Shown one piece after another: positions 20,316 through 28,230 of a stretch of DNA of 64,000 bases. The stretch lies in NCBI GenBank assembly GCA_050253415.1, contig JBFWJC010000001.1:480001-544000 (forward strand), given 5' to 3'. Numbering within the stretch: position 1 is the stretch's first letter; every line of letters starts with the position of its first letter. The translations under genes were made by a program, and so were the position numbers. The notes beneath the pieces were generated by a model that was not told the origin of the DNA, did not search any database, and worked only from the letters and a program-made list of their open reading frames with translations. This DNA comes from Pedobacter sp. (lineage in GTDB: Bacteria; Desulfobacterota; Desulfuromonadia; Desulfuromonadales; Syntrophotaleaceae).

Positions 20316-21530
20316 ATGGCCATGTTAGCACTCTGGGAAACATTGCGTACCCACCTGCGTCGCGACCGGTTGCACCGCCTGTTGTGGGAGATGGTGGAGA
20401 TCTATTCGCCATCCGGCAAAGAGGAAGATATTCAGCTGTTTCTTGAAGAAACCCTGCAAAAGGCCGGTTTGACGGTGCATCGGGAAACGTTGGACGAGAC
20501 CCGCTTCAACCTGCGCTGCACCATGGGGGAGGGAGAACCCGACTTTTACCTGGTGGGGCATGTCGACACCGTTGCCGACTGGGATCTGCAGGGCGAAGGG
20601 CCGCGCCAGCAGGGCGGTATCCTTCACGGTCTCGGTACCGCCGACATGAAAGCCGGCTGCGCCGCCATGGTCGAAGCCTTTTTGACCCTGGCCGAAACCC
20701 TGCCTCCGGAAAAGCGACCCTGCGTAGGTTTGTTGCTGGTGGTGGGGGAAGAAGAGGACGGCGCCGGCAGCCTGCTGTTCCTCGCCGAACACCGGCCCGC
20801 CTGGGTGGTGATCGGCGAACCGACCGGTCTGCAGGTCTGCTGTGGGCATTACGGCTACCTGGAGGTGACCCTGACCACCAGCGGCCGCCGCAGCCACTCC
20901 TGCCTGCCGGAGCACGGCCACAATGCGGTGGAGTCGATGCTGCGCGTGCTTTTGCACCTGGGCCGCGCGCCGCTGCTGCGTAAAGCCGACAGCGGGCTGG
21001 TCTACTCCATCCGCGAAATGAACTCCTCACGGGCCGGCTTCGTGGTACCCGATCGCTGCGAAACCTGGATCGACCTGCACCTGCCGCCAACCCTCGATCT
21101 GGATAAAACCATTGCTGCCCTGCGCCGCCGTCTGGCCGCCGCCAGCCGCAACATTACCGGGTTGGAGCTGGAGGTCGAATTCCCCTGGGCCAGCCGCAGT
21201 TACGATCTGGGCACCGACCACTGGCCGGGGCATGTGCTGACGGAGCTGTATCCGCGTCTGGCATGGCCGCTGGGATTCACCGCTTTTCGCTCGCATTCCG
21301 ACGGGAACCTGTTTCATGAAAAAGGTTGTCGTCCCTTGCTGCTGGGCCCCGGTGCCCTGGAAACCGCCCATACCTGGGACGAACAGGTGCCGCTGAAGGA
21401 GGTCGATCTGGCCGCGGCCATTTACCTGGGACTGTGCCTGGCTGCGCCGGGCCCGCGTGAAACGCATTTATCTTTGGAGGATGAGGAAACCGGTTCGGAT
21501 GAAGCCGGTTTGGAGCCGATCATCGATTAG
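20316..21530 (+). CDS. M20/M25/M40 family metallo-hydrolase (ArgE/DapE-like)
   Basis: GHVDTV, GLGTADMKAG, GEEEDG, IGEPT, AHTWDE metal ligands. Confidence 0.9.
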   Translation: MAMLALWETLRTHLRRDRLHRLLWEMVEIYSPSGKEEDIQLFLEETLQKAGLTVHRETLDETRFNLRCTMGEGEPDFYLVGHVDTVADWDLQGEGPRQQGGILHGLGTADMKAGCAAMVEAFLTLAETLPPEKRPCVGLLLVVGEEEDGAGSLLFLAEHRPAWVVIGEPTGLQVCCGHYGYLEVTLTTSGRRSHSCLPEHGHNAVESMLRVLLHLGRAPLLRKADSGLVYSIREMNSSRAGFVVPDRCETWIDLHLPPTLDLDKTIAALRRRLAAASRNITGLELEVEFPWASRSYDLGTDHWPGHVLTELYPRLAWPLGFTAFRSHSDGNLFHEKGCRPLLLGPGALETAHTWDEQVPLKEVDLAAAIYLGLCLAAPGPRETHLSLEDEETGSDEAGLEPIID

Positions 21531-21599
21531 GCGAAGAACTGGAAAGGCTACCTGACGCGCCCTCCCCGTGAAGGGGAGGGCGTTTTTTCGGGGGGATAA

Positions 21600-22595
21600 T
21601 CAGCTGTCGATTTCGATCAGGGAATCATCCCCGATATGCATGCGGCGCGGCGAACCGGCCAGTCGTACACCGTTGCCGAGGATACTGAAACGCAGATTGG
21701 CGTCCTTGACCTGGCAGTCGGCATTGATGATGGAGTCGCGCACGATGCTGTCCTCGATCACCGTGCCGGTCGCCAGCGACACGCAAGGCCCGATGATGCT
21801 GCCGCGCACCGTGACGCCGTCGGCGATGAACACCGGCGGGATCACCACCGTGTCGATGAGGTCGCCCCGGCAGCTATGCCGCTCCTTGAGCAGGTAGCAG
21901 TTGGTTTGCAGCAGGGTCTCCGGCTTGCCGCAGTCGAGCCAGGCGTCGATTTCCGGCGCGCGGAAGCGCTTGCCGTCCTTGACCATGCGCATAAAGACCG
22001 CCGGCAGGTAAAATTCGCCCTTTACCGTGTCGCCGGCCTGAATCGTCTGGTCGAGATACTGCATGAAGCCGCCGGCATCCTTGAGATAGTAGAGACCGAC
22101 CTGCGCCAGCCGCGAAACCGGCGTATCGGGTTTTTCCACCATGTCGACGATGATGCCGTCGCGGATGACGTTGACACCGAAACGCTGGTAATCCTCGACT
22201 TCCTTCGAATAGATCAGGCCGTCGCAATCGGCGCACAATTCGGGGATACGGGTAAGGTCGGTGACGAAGATGGTGTCGTTGAACACCACCAGCACGTCGT
22301 CGCCCGGCGCGATGCGGGGCGCCGCCAGGGAGACGGCATGCGCCGGACCGAGACGATCCGACTGCACGATATAGCTGCAATTCAGATCGGGGAAGCAGCG
22401 CTTCATAAACGCTTCGATCTGATGCCCGTTCTCGTCAGTGATAAAGATCAGCTCTTCGGCGTCGAGCACCTTGAGGCGCTCGATGATATGCTCCAGAACC
22501 GTCTTGCCAGCCACCTGCACCAGTGATTTGGCGCGTGTGTGGGTATGAGGGCGCAGTCGCGTGCCTTTGCCCGCCACCGGCAGAATGATTTTCAT
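21600..22595 (-). CDS. Sugar-phosphate nucleotidyltransferase
   Basis: ILPVAGKGTRLRPHT, VEKP, WLDCGKPE, C-terminal left-handed beta-helix repeats. Confidence 0.9.
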   Translation of the reverse strand: MKIILPVAGKGTRLRPHTHTRAKSLVQVAGKTVLEHIIERLKVLDAEELIFITDENGHQIEAFMKRCFPDLNCSYIVQSDRLGPAHAVSLAAPRIAPGDDVLVVFNDTIFVTDLTRIPELCADCDGLIYSKEVEDYQRFGVNVIRDGIIVDMVEKPDTPVSRLAQVGLYYLKDAGGFMQYLDQTIQAGDTVKGEFYLPAVFMRMVKDGKRFRAPEIDAWLDCGKPETLLQTNCYLLKERHSCRGDLIDTVVIPPVFIADGVTVRGSIIGPCVSLATGTVIEDSIVRDSIINADCQVKDANLRFSILGNGVRLAGSPRRMHIGDDSLIEIDS

Positions 22596-22777
22596 GCCGT
22601 CCTCCGTGAATATGAAGTCTTGTCAGAACCGGGCCGTTTCCGGTAGCATGGGCCCGCTGTCGAAGAGACTATAACCGCAATGTCCCGTCCGGGCAAGTTT
22701 TCGCGTTACGCGTTGTCACGTAACCCCTTGACACCACTGAGGCGCACCGTCGGGCTGCATACCCATAAGGAATCATC

Positions 22778-23656
22778 ATGAAGGATCATCTGTATCGCGT
22801 AGCCACCAAGGACGGCACCCTGCGTGCCACCGCTGCCGTCACCACCGAACTGGTCGATGCCATCTGTCAGCGCCAGGGCACCGATCCCACCGCCAGCATT
22901 GCGCTGGGACGGCTGGTCACCGGCACCGCCCTGATGGGCAGCCTGCTCAAGGGCGATCAGCGCCTGGCCCTGATGATCGAGGGTAACGGGCCGCTCAAAA
23001 AGCTGCACGCCGAGACCGATGCGCTGGGTCAGGTGCGCGGTTCGGTCAAGGTACCGGTGTCCGGCGTACCCCCCACCGAAAAAGGCTTCGACGTACCGGC
23101 CGCCGTCGGCCGCGCCGGTTTCCTGCATGTCGTCAAGGACCTCGGCCTCAAAGAACCCTATCGCGGCATGGTCACGCTCTACAGCAGCGAGATCGCCGAG
23201 GATATCGCCTATTACCTGACCTCTTCCGAGCAGGTGCCTTCCACCGTCGCGCTCGGCGTGTACCTGGAAAAAGACGGCCATATCTCCGCCGCCGGCGGGC
23301 TGCTGGTGCAGGCCATGCCCGAAGGCGAAGAGGCCCTGATCGACCTGCTCGAACAGCGCCTGATTTCCCTGCCGTCGATCTCCACCTTGCTGCGCGATGG
23401 CAAAGGACCCCGGCAGATTATCGAGGAACTGTTCGCCGGTATCCCCCTCGGCCAGACCGAAGAGACGCCGCTGGTGTTCCGCTGCACCTGCAGCCGTCCC
23501 CAGGTGCTGAACATGCTCAAAACCCTCGGCGCCGAGGAATTGCAGGAGATGGTCGCCAAGGATGAAGAGACCGTTGTTACCTGCGAATTCTGCAAAGAAA
23601 GTTACACCTTCAGCCCCGACGAGCTCAAAGCCCTGCTCGCCGGGAGCGACAAGTAA
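22778..23656 (+). CDS. hslO: Hsp33 redox-regulated chaperone
   Basis: GNGPL, KDLGLKEPY, IAEDIAYYLTSSEQ, AAGGLLVQAMP, CxC (CTCS) and CxxC (CEFC) zinc switch. Confidence 0.96.
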   Translation: MKDHLYRVATKDGTLRATAAVTTELVDAICQRQGTDPTASIALGRLVTGTALMGSLLKGDQRLALMIEGNGPLKKLHAETDALGQVRGSVKVPVSGVPPTEKGFDVPAAVGRAGFLHVVKDLGLKEPYRGMVTLYSSEIAEDIAYYLTSSEQVPSTVALGVYLEKDGHISAAGGLLVQAMPEGEEALIDLLEQRLISLPSISTLLRDGKGPRQIIEELFAGIPLGQTEETPLVFRCTCSRPQVLNMLKTLGAEELQEMVAKDEETVVTCEFCKESYTFSPDELKALLAGSDK

Positions 23657-23662
23657 CCGCCC

Positions 23663-24703
23663 ATGAGCCGACAGCCTTTATTGCCCGAAAAGTTTCTGCA
23701 GCAGGCCGCGCAATGCCCGGTGTTCGATGCCCGTTCCCCCTCCGAATACCACAAGGGACATATCCCCGGCGCTCACAACCTGCCGCTGTTTTCCGACGCG
23801 GAAAGGCACGAGATCGGCATCCTGTATAAGCAGCAGGGGCGGGAACAGGCTGTCACCCGCGGGCTGGAGATCGTCGGGCCGCGCCTGACGGAGTACATCG
23901 CCCAGGTCAAAAAAATTACCGACGCCAAAACCATCCTGGTGCACTGCTGGCGCGGCGGCATGCGCAGCGAATCGCTGGCCTGGCTGCTGGGCAAGGTCGG
24001 CTACCGCGTCGGTTTGCTCAAAGGCGGCTACAAGGCGTACCGGCAGTGCGTGCTGGAAAGTTTCGAGCAGCCCCTGCAGTTGCTGGTGCTGGGCGGCATG
24101 ACCGGCAGCGGCAAGACCGAAATGCTGCACAATCTGCAGCGCCGGGGGCAGCAGGTCCTCGATCTGGAAGGACTGGCCTGCCACCGGGGTTCGGCTTTTG
24201 GCGCCATGGACGACGTCGAGCAACCCTCCACCGAGCAATTTGAAAACGATGTCCACGCAGCACTGCAGGGCCTGCAAGTCGACCAGCCGATTTGGGTCGA
24301 AGACGAGAGCCGCAAGATCGGCCGCGTCAGCGTCCCCGAAGCCCTGTTCAAGCAAATGCGCAGCGCGCCCCTGGTTCGCGTGCACGTGTCTCGCGAAATC
24401 CGGGTCCAGCGCCTGTGCAGCGACTACGGCAACGTCGCGCCGGAAAAACTTGCCGACGCGGTACACAACATCAGCAAGCGCCTCGGTGGGGAAAAAACCA
24501 AGCTCGCCCTGCAAGCCATTGCTGACGGTGATTACGCCACCGCCACCCACGCCATCCTCGACTACTACGACAAAACCTACCTGTTCGGTATTTCAAAGCG
24601 CAACCCGACCCGCACCATCGATCTCGATCCTACCCCCGAGCTGCCCGGCGCCATCGCCACGGCCTTGAGCGAAATAGCACGGGAGGTTAGCGGTAAGCTG
24701 TAA
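23663..24703 (+). CDS. mnmH: tRNA 2-selenouridine(34) synthase
   Basis: Rhodanese DARSPSEY..HCWRGGMRS, P-loop GMTGSGKT, DLEGLACHRGSAFG, WVEDESRKIG. Confidence 0.95.
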   Translation: MSRQPLLPEKFLQQAAQCPVFDARSPSEYHKGHIPGAHNLPLFSDAERHEIGILYKQQGREQAVTRGLEIVGPRLTEYIAQVKKITDAKTILVHCWRGGMRSESLAWLLGKVGYRVGLLKGGYKAYRQCVLESFEQPLQLLVLGGMTGSGKTEMLHNLQRRGQQVLDLEGLACHRGSAFGAMDDVEQPSTEQFENDVHAALQGLQVDQPIWVEDESRKIGRVSVPEALFKQMRSAPLVRVHVSREIRVQRLCSDYGNVAPEKLADAVHNISKRLGGEKTKLALQAIADGDYATATHAILDYYDKTYLFGISKRNPTRTIDLDPTPELPGAIATALSEIAREVSGKL

Positions 24704-24984
24704 GTTCTCTGTCCGAGGCTCTACGGCTCATCCTTGGTAGTTTGCCGGGTATTCGCAATTCGACACTGCCCGATCAAGGATGACGGAACATTGCCTCTTG
24801 TGGATGTTCTTCCCTCCGTAAAATCTCTGCAGTCTGGTCGGCTGCCAGGCAGTCAAAATCCTCCTCTCTGATATGCAAAAAACTATTCATTAAACTAAGC
24901 TATTGAAAGTTTGCGGCAAAAGTTTTACTATTCCTCTCCAAATTGCATTGGCAGTCCTTAGGATGATCGTGGCAGGAGGAAAGG

Positions 24985-25683
24985 ATGCAGAGTCTGGCGG
25001 ACGGTTTGTTGTGGTATTTCGCATTTATCTTATCGGTCGTGGTTCACGAAGCGTCTCATGCGCTGGCGGCTTTCAAGCTCGGGGATCGGACGGCGTATGA
25101 GGGTGGTCAGGTGACCATTGACCCGATCCCTCATATCAAGCGTGAGCCCCTCGGGACAGTACTGGTGCCCGTGCTGTCCTATTTCTCGGGCGGCTGGATG
25201 TTCGGCTGGGCCAGCGCCCCGTACGATCGCGATTGGGCTCGGCGTCACCCTGACCGGTCCGCACTTATGTCCCTCGCCGGTCCGTTATCCAACTTACTTT
25301 TGGTGATTGTCTGCTGCCTCCTGATTCGTCTGGGTATGGCTCTGGATATTTTTTATGCTCCCGACACGGTCAATTTTTCCCACATTACCGCAGCCGTTAA
25401 TCACGGCATTACCGATGGGATTGCCAGCTTGTTGAGCATCATGTTTTCTTTGAATCTGATCCTTTTCTGTTTTAACCTGCTGCCGCTGCCTCCCCTTGAT
25501 GGCAGTGGCATCGTGCCCCTGTTCCTGAGTCGGGAGCGCGCTGTCAGCTACCTCGATTTTATTGAGAGCACACCGCTGATGTTCCTCGGCTTGTTGTTTG
25601 CCTGGAATGTTTTTGGTTATCTTTTTGATCCTATCCATTTGGGAGTCGTCAATTTGCTGTATCCCGGAGTCGGGTACCATTGA
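24985..25683 (+). CDS. Site-2 protease (M50) family protein
   Basis: HEASH zinc motif, SLAGPLSN, FNLLPLPPLDG; hydrophobic. Confidence 0.9.
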   Translation: MQSLADGLLWYFAFILSVVVHEASHALAAFKLGDRTAYEGGQVTIDPIPHIKREPLGTVLVPVLSYFSGGWMFGWASAPYDRDWARRHPDRSALMSLAGPLSNLLLVIVCCLLIRLGMALDIFYAPDTVNFSHITAAVNHGITDGIASLLSIMFSLNLILFCFNLLPLPPLDGSGIVPLFLSRERAVSYLDFIESTPLMFLGLLFAWNVFGYLFDPIHLGVVNLLYPGVGYH

Positions 25684-25818
25684 TAATAAACAGCTTCAGC
25701 TGCCCTTCTGTTTCTAATGTGTGAATCCGCTAAAAATAGTGGCGAATCGGCTGTTCCTGTGCCATCATAACAACCCATTCATTGATTCTTACTATGGGGA
25801 TGCAGCGGGAGGGGCAGG

Positions 25819-27309
25819 ATGGGTTCACGTCAGGGTGGTTCAGGTCTTAGCAAGTCACTGATCCTCAAAGGTTTGCAGTGTCAAAAGGCGCTGTGGCTGG
25901 CCAAAAATCCTCCCGATTTTCCCCTACCCGAAAAACCCGAACTGCAGGCCAAATTCGATCTCGGTACCGAGGTCGGCATCCTCGCCCAACAGCTCTTCCC
26001 CGGCGGCACCGAGGTGCCCTTCGAGGGGCTTTCCTTCTCCGATCAGCTGACCCGCACCCGGCAACTCATCGACAACGGCGCGCAGGTCATCTACGAGGCG
26101 TCGTTTTCCTTCTCCGCTATCTTCGTCAAGGTCGATATCCTGGTGCGCGACGGCGATGCCTGGCAGATCCACGAGGTCAAGATGGGCACCAGCGTCAAGG
26201 ATGTCAATCTCGACGACGTCGCCGTGCAGCACTATGTGCTCAACGGATGCGGCCTATCCGTTTCCAAGTGCTTCCTGGTGCATATCGACAACAGCTATGT
26301 GCGCCAGGGCGCCATCGAAGTCGACAAGCTGTTCGCCAGCGAGGACATCACCCTCAAGGTGCTGGCGCGTCTGCAGAGCATGCCGCAGATCGTCGCGGAG
26401 CTGCGCGCCACCCTGCGTGGTGGGGGCGAGCCCGCCATCGACATCGGCCCGCACTGCAACGACCCCTACGAATGCGATTACATCCCCTACTGCTGGCAGC
26501 ATATCCCCGAAGATTCGATCTTCGACCTGCGCGGCCTCGGCGTCGACAAGTTCGCTTTATACAAGCGCGGCATCATCCGCCTCGCCGATGTGCCGCTCAA
26601 TGAACTCAACCCGGCCCAGCGCCAGCAGGCCGAGGCGACCCTCAATCAGCAGGATGCGATCAACCCGCAGCAGGTCAAAGCGTTCCTCGATAGCCTCTGG
26701 TACCCGCTGTGCCATCTTGATTTCGAAACCTTCGACACCCCGATCCCCCCCTTCGACGGCGTCCGCCCGTATCAGAAGGTCCCTTTCCAGTATTCGCTGC
26801 ATATCCAAACGGAAGCAGGCGCCGAGCCGCAGCATTTCGAATATCTGGCCCCGCCGAATGTCGATCCCCGCCGCGAGCTGATCGAACAGTTGCTTGCCGC
26901 CATTCCTGCCGATGCTTGCGTGTTGACCTACAACCAAGCTTTCGAGAAGGGGGTTTTGCGTGAACTCGCCGCACTGTTCCCCGATCTGGCCGAGGCTATC
27001 GAAGGGCGGATTTCCAACGTGCGCGACTTGATGTTGCCCTTCAAGCGGCGCGATGTGTATCGCTGGCCGATGCGCGGTTCCTATTCGATCAAAGAGGTGC
27101 TGCCGGCGATGGTGCCCGAGCTTTCTTATGAAGGGCTGGAGATCGCCAACGGCATGGCGGCGATGCAGGCTTATCGGGAGATGTGTGCGCTGGAGGACCC
27201 CGTGGCGCTTACGGAGTTAAGAAGGGCGATGTTGGAATATTGCCGGTTGGATACTTTGGCGATGGTTAGGATCTTGGGGGTGTTAGTTGAAATAGGGGAG
27301 TGTCGCTAG
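25819..27309 (+). CDS. DUF2779 domain protein (Cas4/PD-(D/E)XK-like nuclease + RNase H-like domain)
   Basis: LSKS..QCQKALWL, VDIL..IHEVK, GPHCNDPYECDYIPYC cysteines, LDFET, VPFQYSLH, YNQAFEK, SYSIKEVLP, EYCRLDT. Confidence 0.8.
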   Translation: MGSRQGGSGLSKSLILKGLQCQKALWLAKNPPDFPLPEKPELQAKFDLGTEVGILAQQLFPGGTEVPFEGLSFSDQLTRTRQLIDNGAQVIYEASFSFSAIFVKVDILVRDGDAWQIHEVKMGTSVKDVNLDDVAVQHYVLNGCGLSVSKCFLVHIDNSYVRQGAIEVDKLFASEDITLKVLARLQSMPQIVAELRATLRGGGEPAIDIGPHCNDPYECDYIPYCWQHIPEDSIFDLRGLGVDKFALYKRGIIRLADVPLNELNPAQRQQAEATLNQQDAINPQQVKAFLDSLWYPLCHLDFETFDTPIPPFDGVRPYQKVPFQYSLHIQTEAGAEPQHFEYLAPPNVDPRRELIEQLLAAIPADACVLTYNQAFEKGVLRELAALFPDLAEAIEGRISNVRDLMLPFKRRDVYRWPMRGSYSIKEVLPAMVPELSYEGLEIANGMAAMQAYREMCALEDPVALTELRRAMLEYCRLDTLAMVRILGVLVEIGECR

Positions 27310-27412
27310 TTTTGCAAGTAGTGGGGATTTTCGGTTACTAGAGGAAATGCTAAAAAACGATTCAAATATTGTATTCAAACAAAGAGTTATGGATGGTAGT
27401 GAGGTTATCTAA
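27296..27412 (+). pseudogene. 3' remnant of an AT-rich gene ending inside the attC-like site
   Basis: Open frame ...FASSGDFRLLEEMLKNDSNIVFKQRVMDGSEVI* whose TAA (27410-27412) lies in the TCTAAC box; no convincing start. Confidence 0.4.
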
Positions 27413-27502
27413 CAAACTGTTCAACAGAACAAAGCACAGTGGGCTATTTTCGATCCTCAAGTTTTATCCAACAATATTTTGCCTGTTAACAAGGGTTTAA
27501 TA
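27407..27502 (+). mobile_element. Degenerate integron attC-like site
   Basis: R'' ATCTAAC, L'' CTGTTCAAC, variable loop, L' GTTAACAA (pairs with L'' leaving one extra C), R' position GGGTTTAATA (imperfect GTTRRRY). Confidence 0.65.
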
Positions 27503-27529
27503 TTTTCTAAGAGGAATCAATTAACTTTC

Positions 27530-28225
27530 ATGGACATTCAAGAATACTTCGACAAGTTAAATGCCGAATCTCAGGTAGTATTTAGTCGATCAACGTCAGA
27601 GAAAGAAAAGCTTGGCACGCTCCATCACTTATCTTCTTGTATCTATGAATTTTCGGGCTGTTTACTAGATCCGCAAGAAAAAGGAATTTTGGAAACTGTT
27701 AGTGCTCAACTTGAATCAGCCACGTTTAATTTGGTTCTTGGATTATATAGACAAGCCTTTTCATCATTGAGGCTGGCACTTGAGATGGGGCTGGCCGCCA
27801 TTTATTTCTCAGCAAATAAGATGGAGCTGCATGAATGGCTTGACGGTCGAGTGGATATTAAATGGTCTAGGTTAGTTGATGAAGAAAATGGAGTATTATC
27901 CAAGCGGTTAGCAAAGGCATTCTTTAGTGAAATGGTCGATGAGGTCGAAGGTTACCGGAGTAAAGCGACTTCTGTTTATAGAAAGCTGTCAGAATATGTT
28001 CATGGAAATAATGAAACGTGGGCAAGTGGTATTAAGCTGAGCTACAAGGATGATTTGTTTGATAAATATCACGACTACTACCGATCAGTATCTGAAGTAA
28101 TATTGTTTGTTGCAATATGTCGGTACGCGAAATTATTTGATGAGTCAGTCCGGGAATCGCTACAATTTGTGCCGGAGGAATTCAGCCATATATCAAAAAT
28201 TCGAGAACTATTTGGTCGGTCATAG
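27530..28225 (+). CDS. Hypothetical helical protein, HEPN-like
   Basis: AT-rich ORF; YRQAFSSLRLALE and YRKLSEYVHG (R-x6-H); start placed at ATG 27530. Confidence 0.6.
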   Translation: MDIQEYFDKLNAESQVVFSRSTSEKEKLGTLHHLSSCIYEFSGCLLDPQEKGILETVSAQLESATFNLVLGLYRQAFSSLRLALEMGLAAIYFSANKMELHEWLDGRVDIKWSRLVDEENGVLSKRLAKAFFSEMVDEVEGYRSKATSVYRKLSEYVHGNNETWASGIKLSYKDDLFDKYHDYYRSVSEVILFVAICRYAKLFDESVRESLQFVPEEFSHISKIRELFGRS

Positions 28226-28230
28226 GAGCT

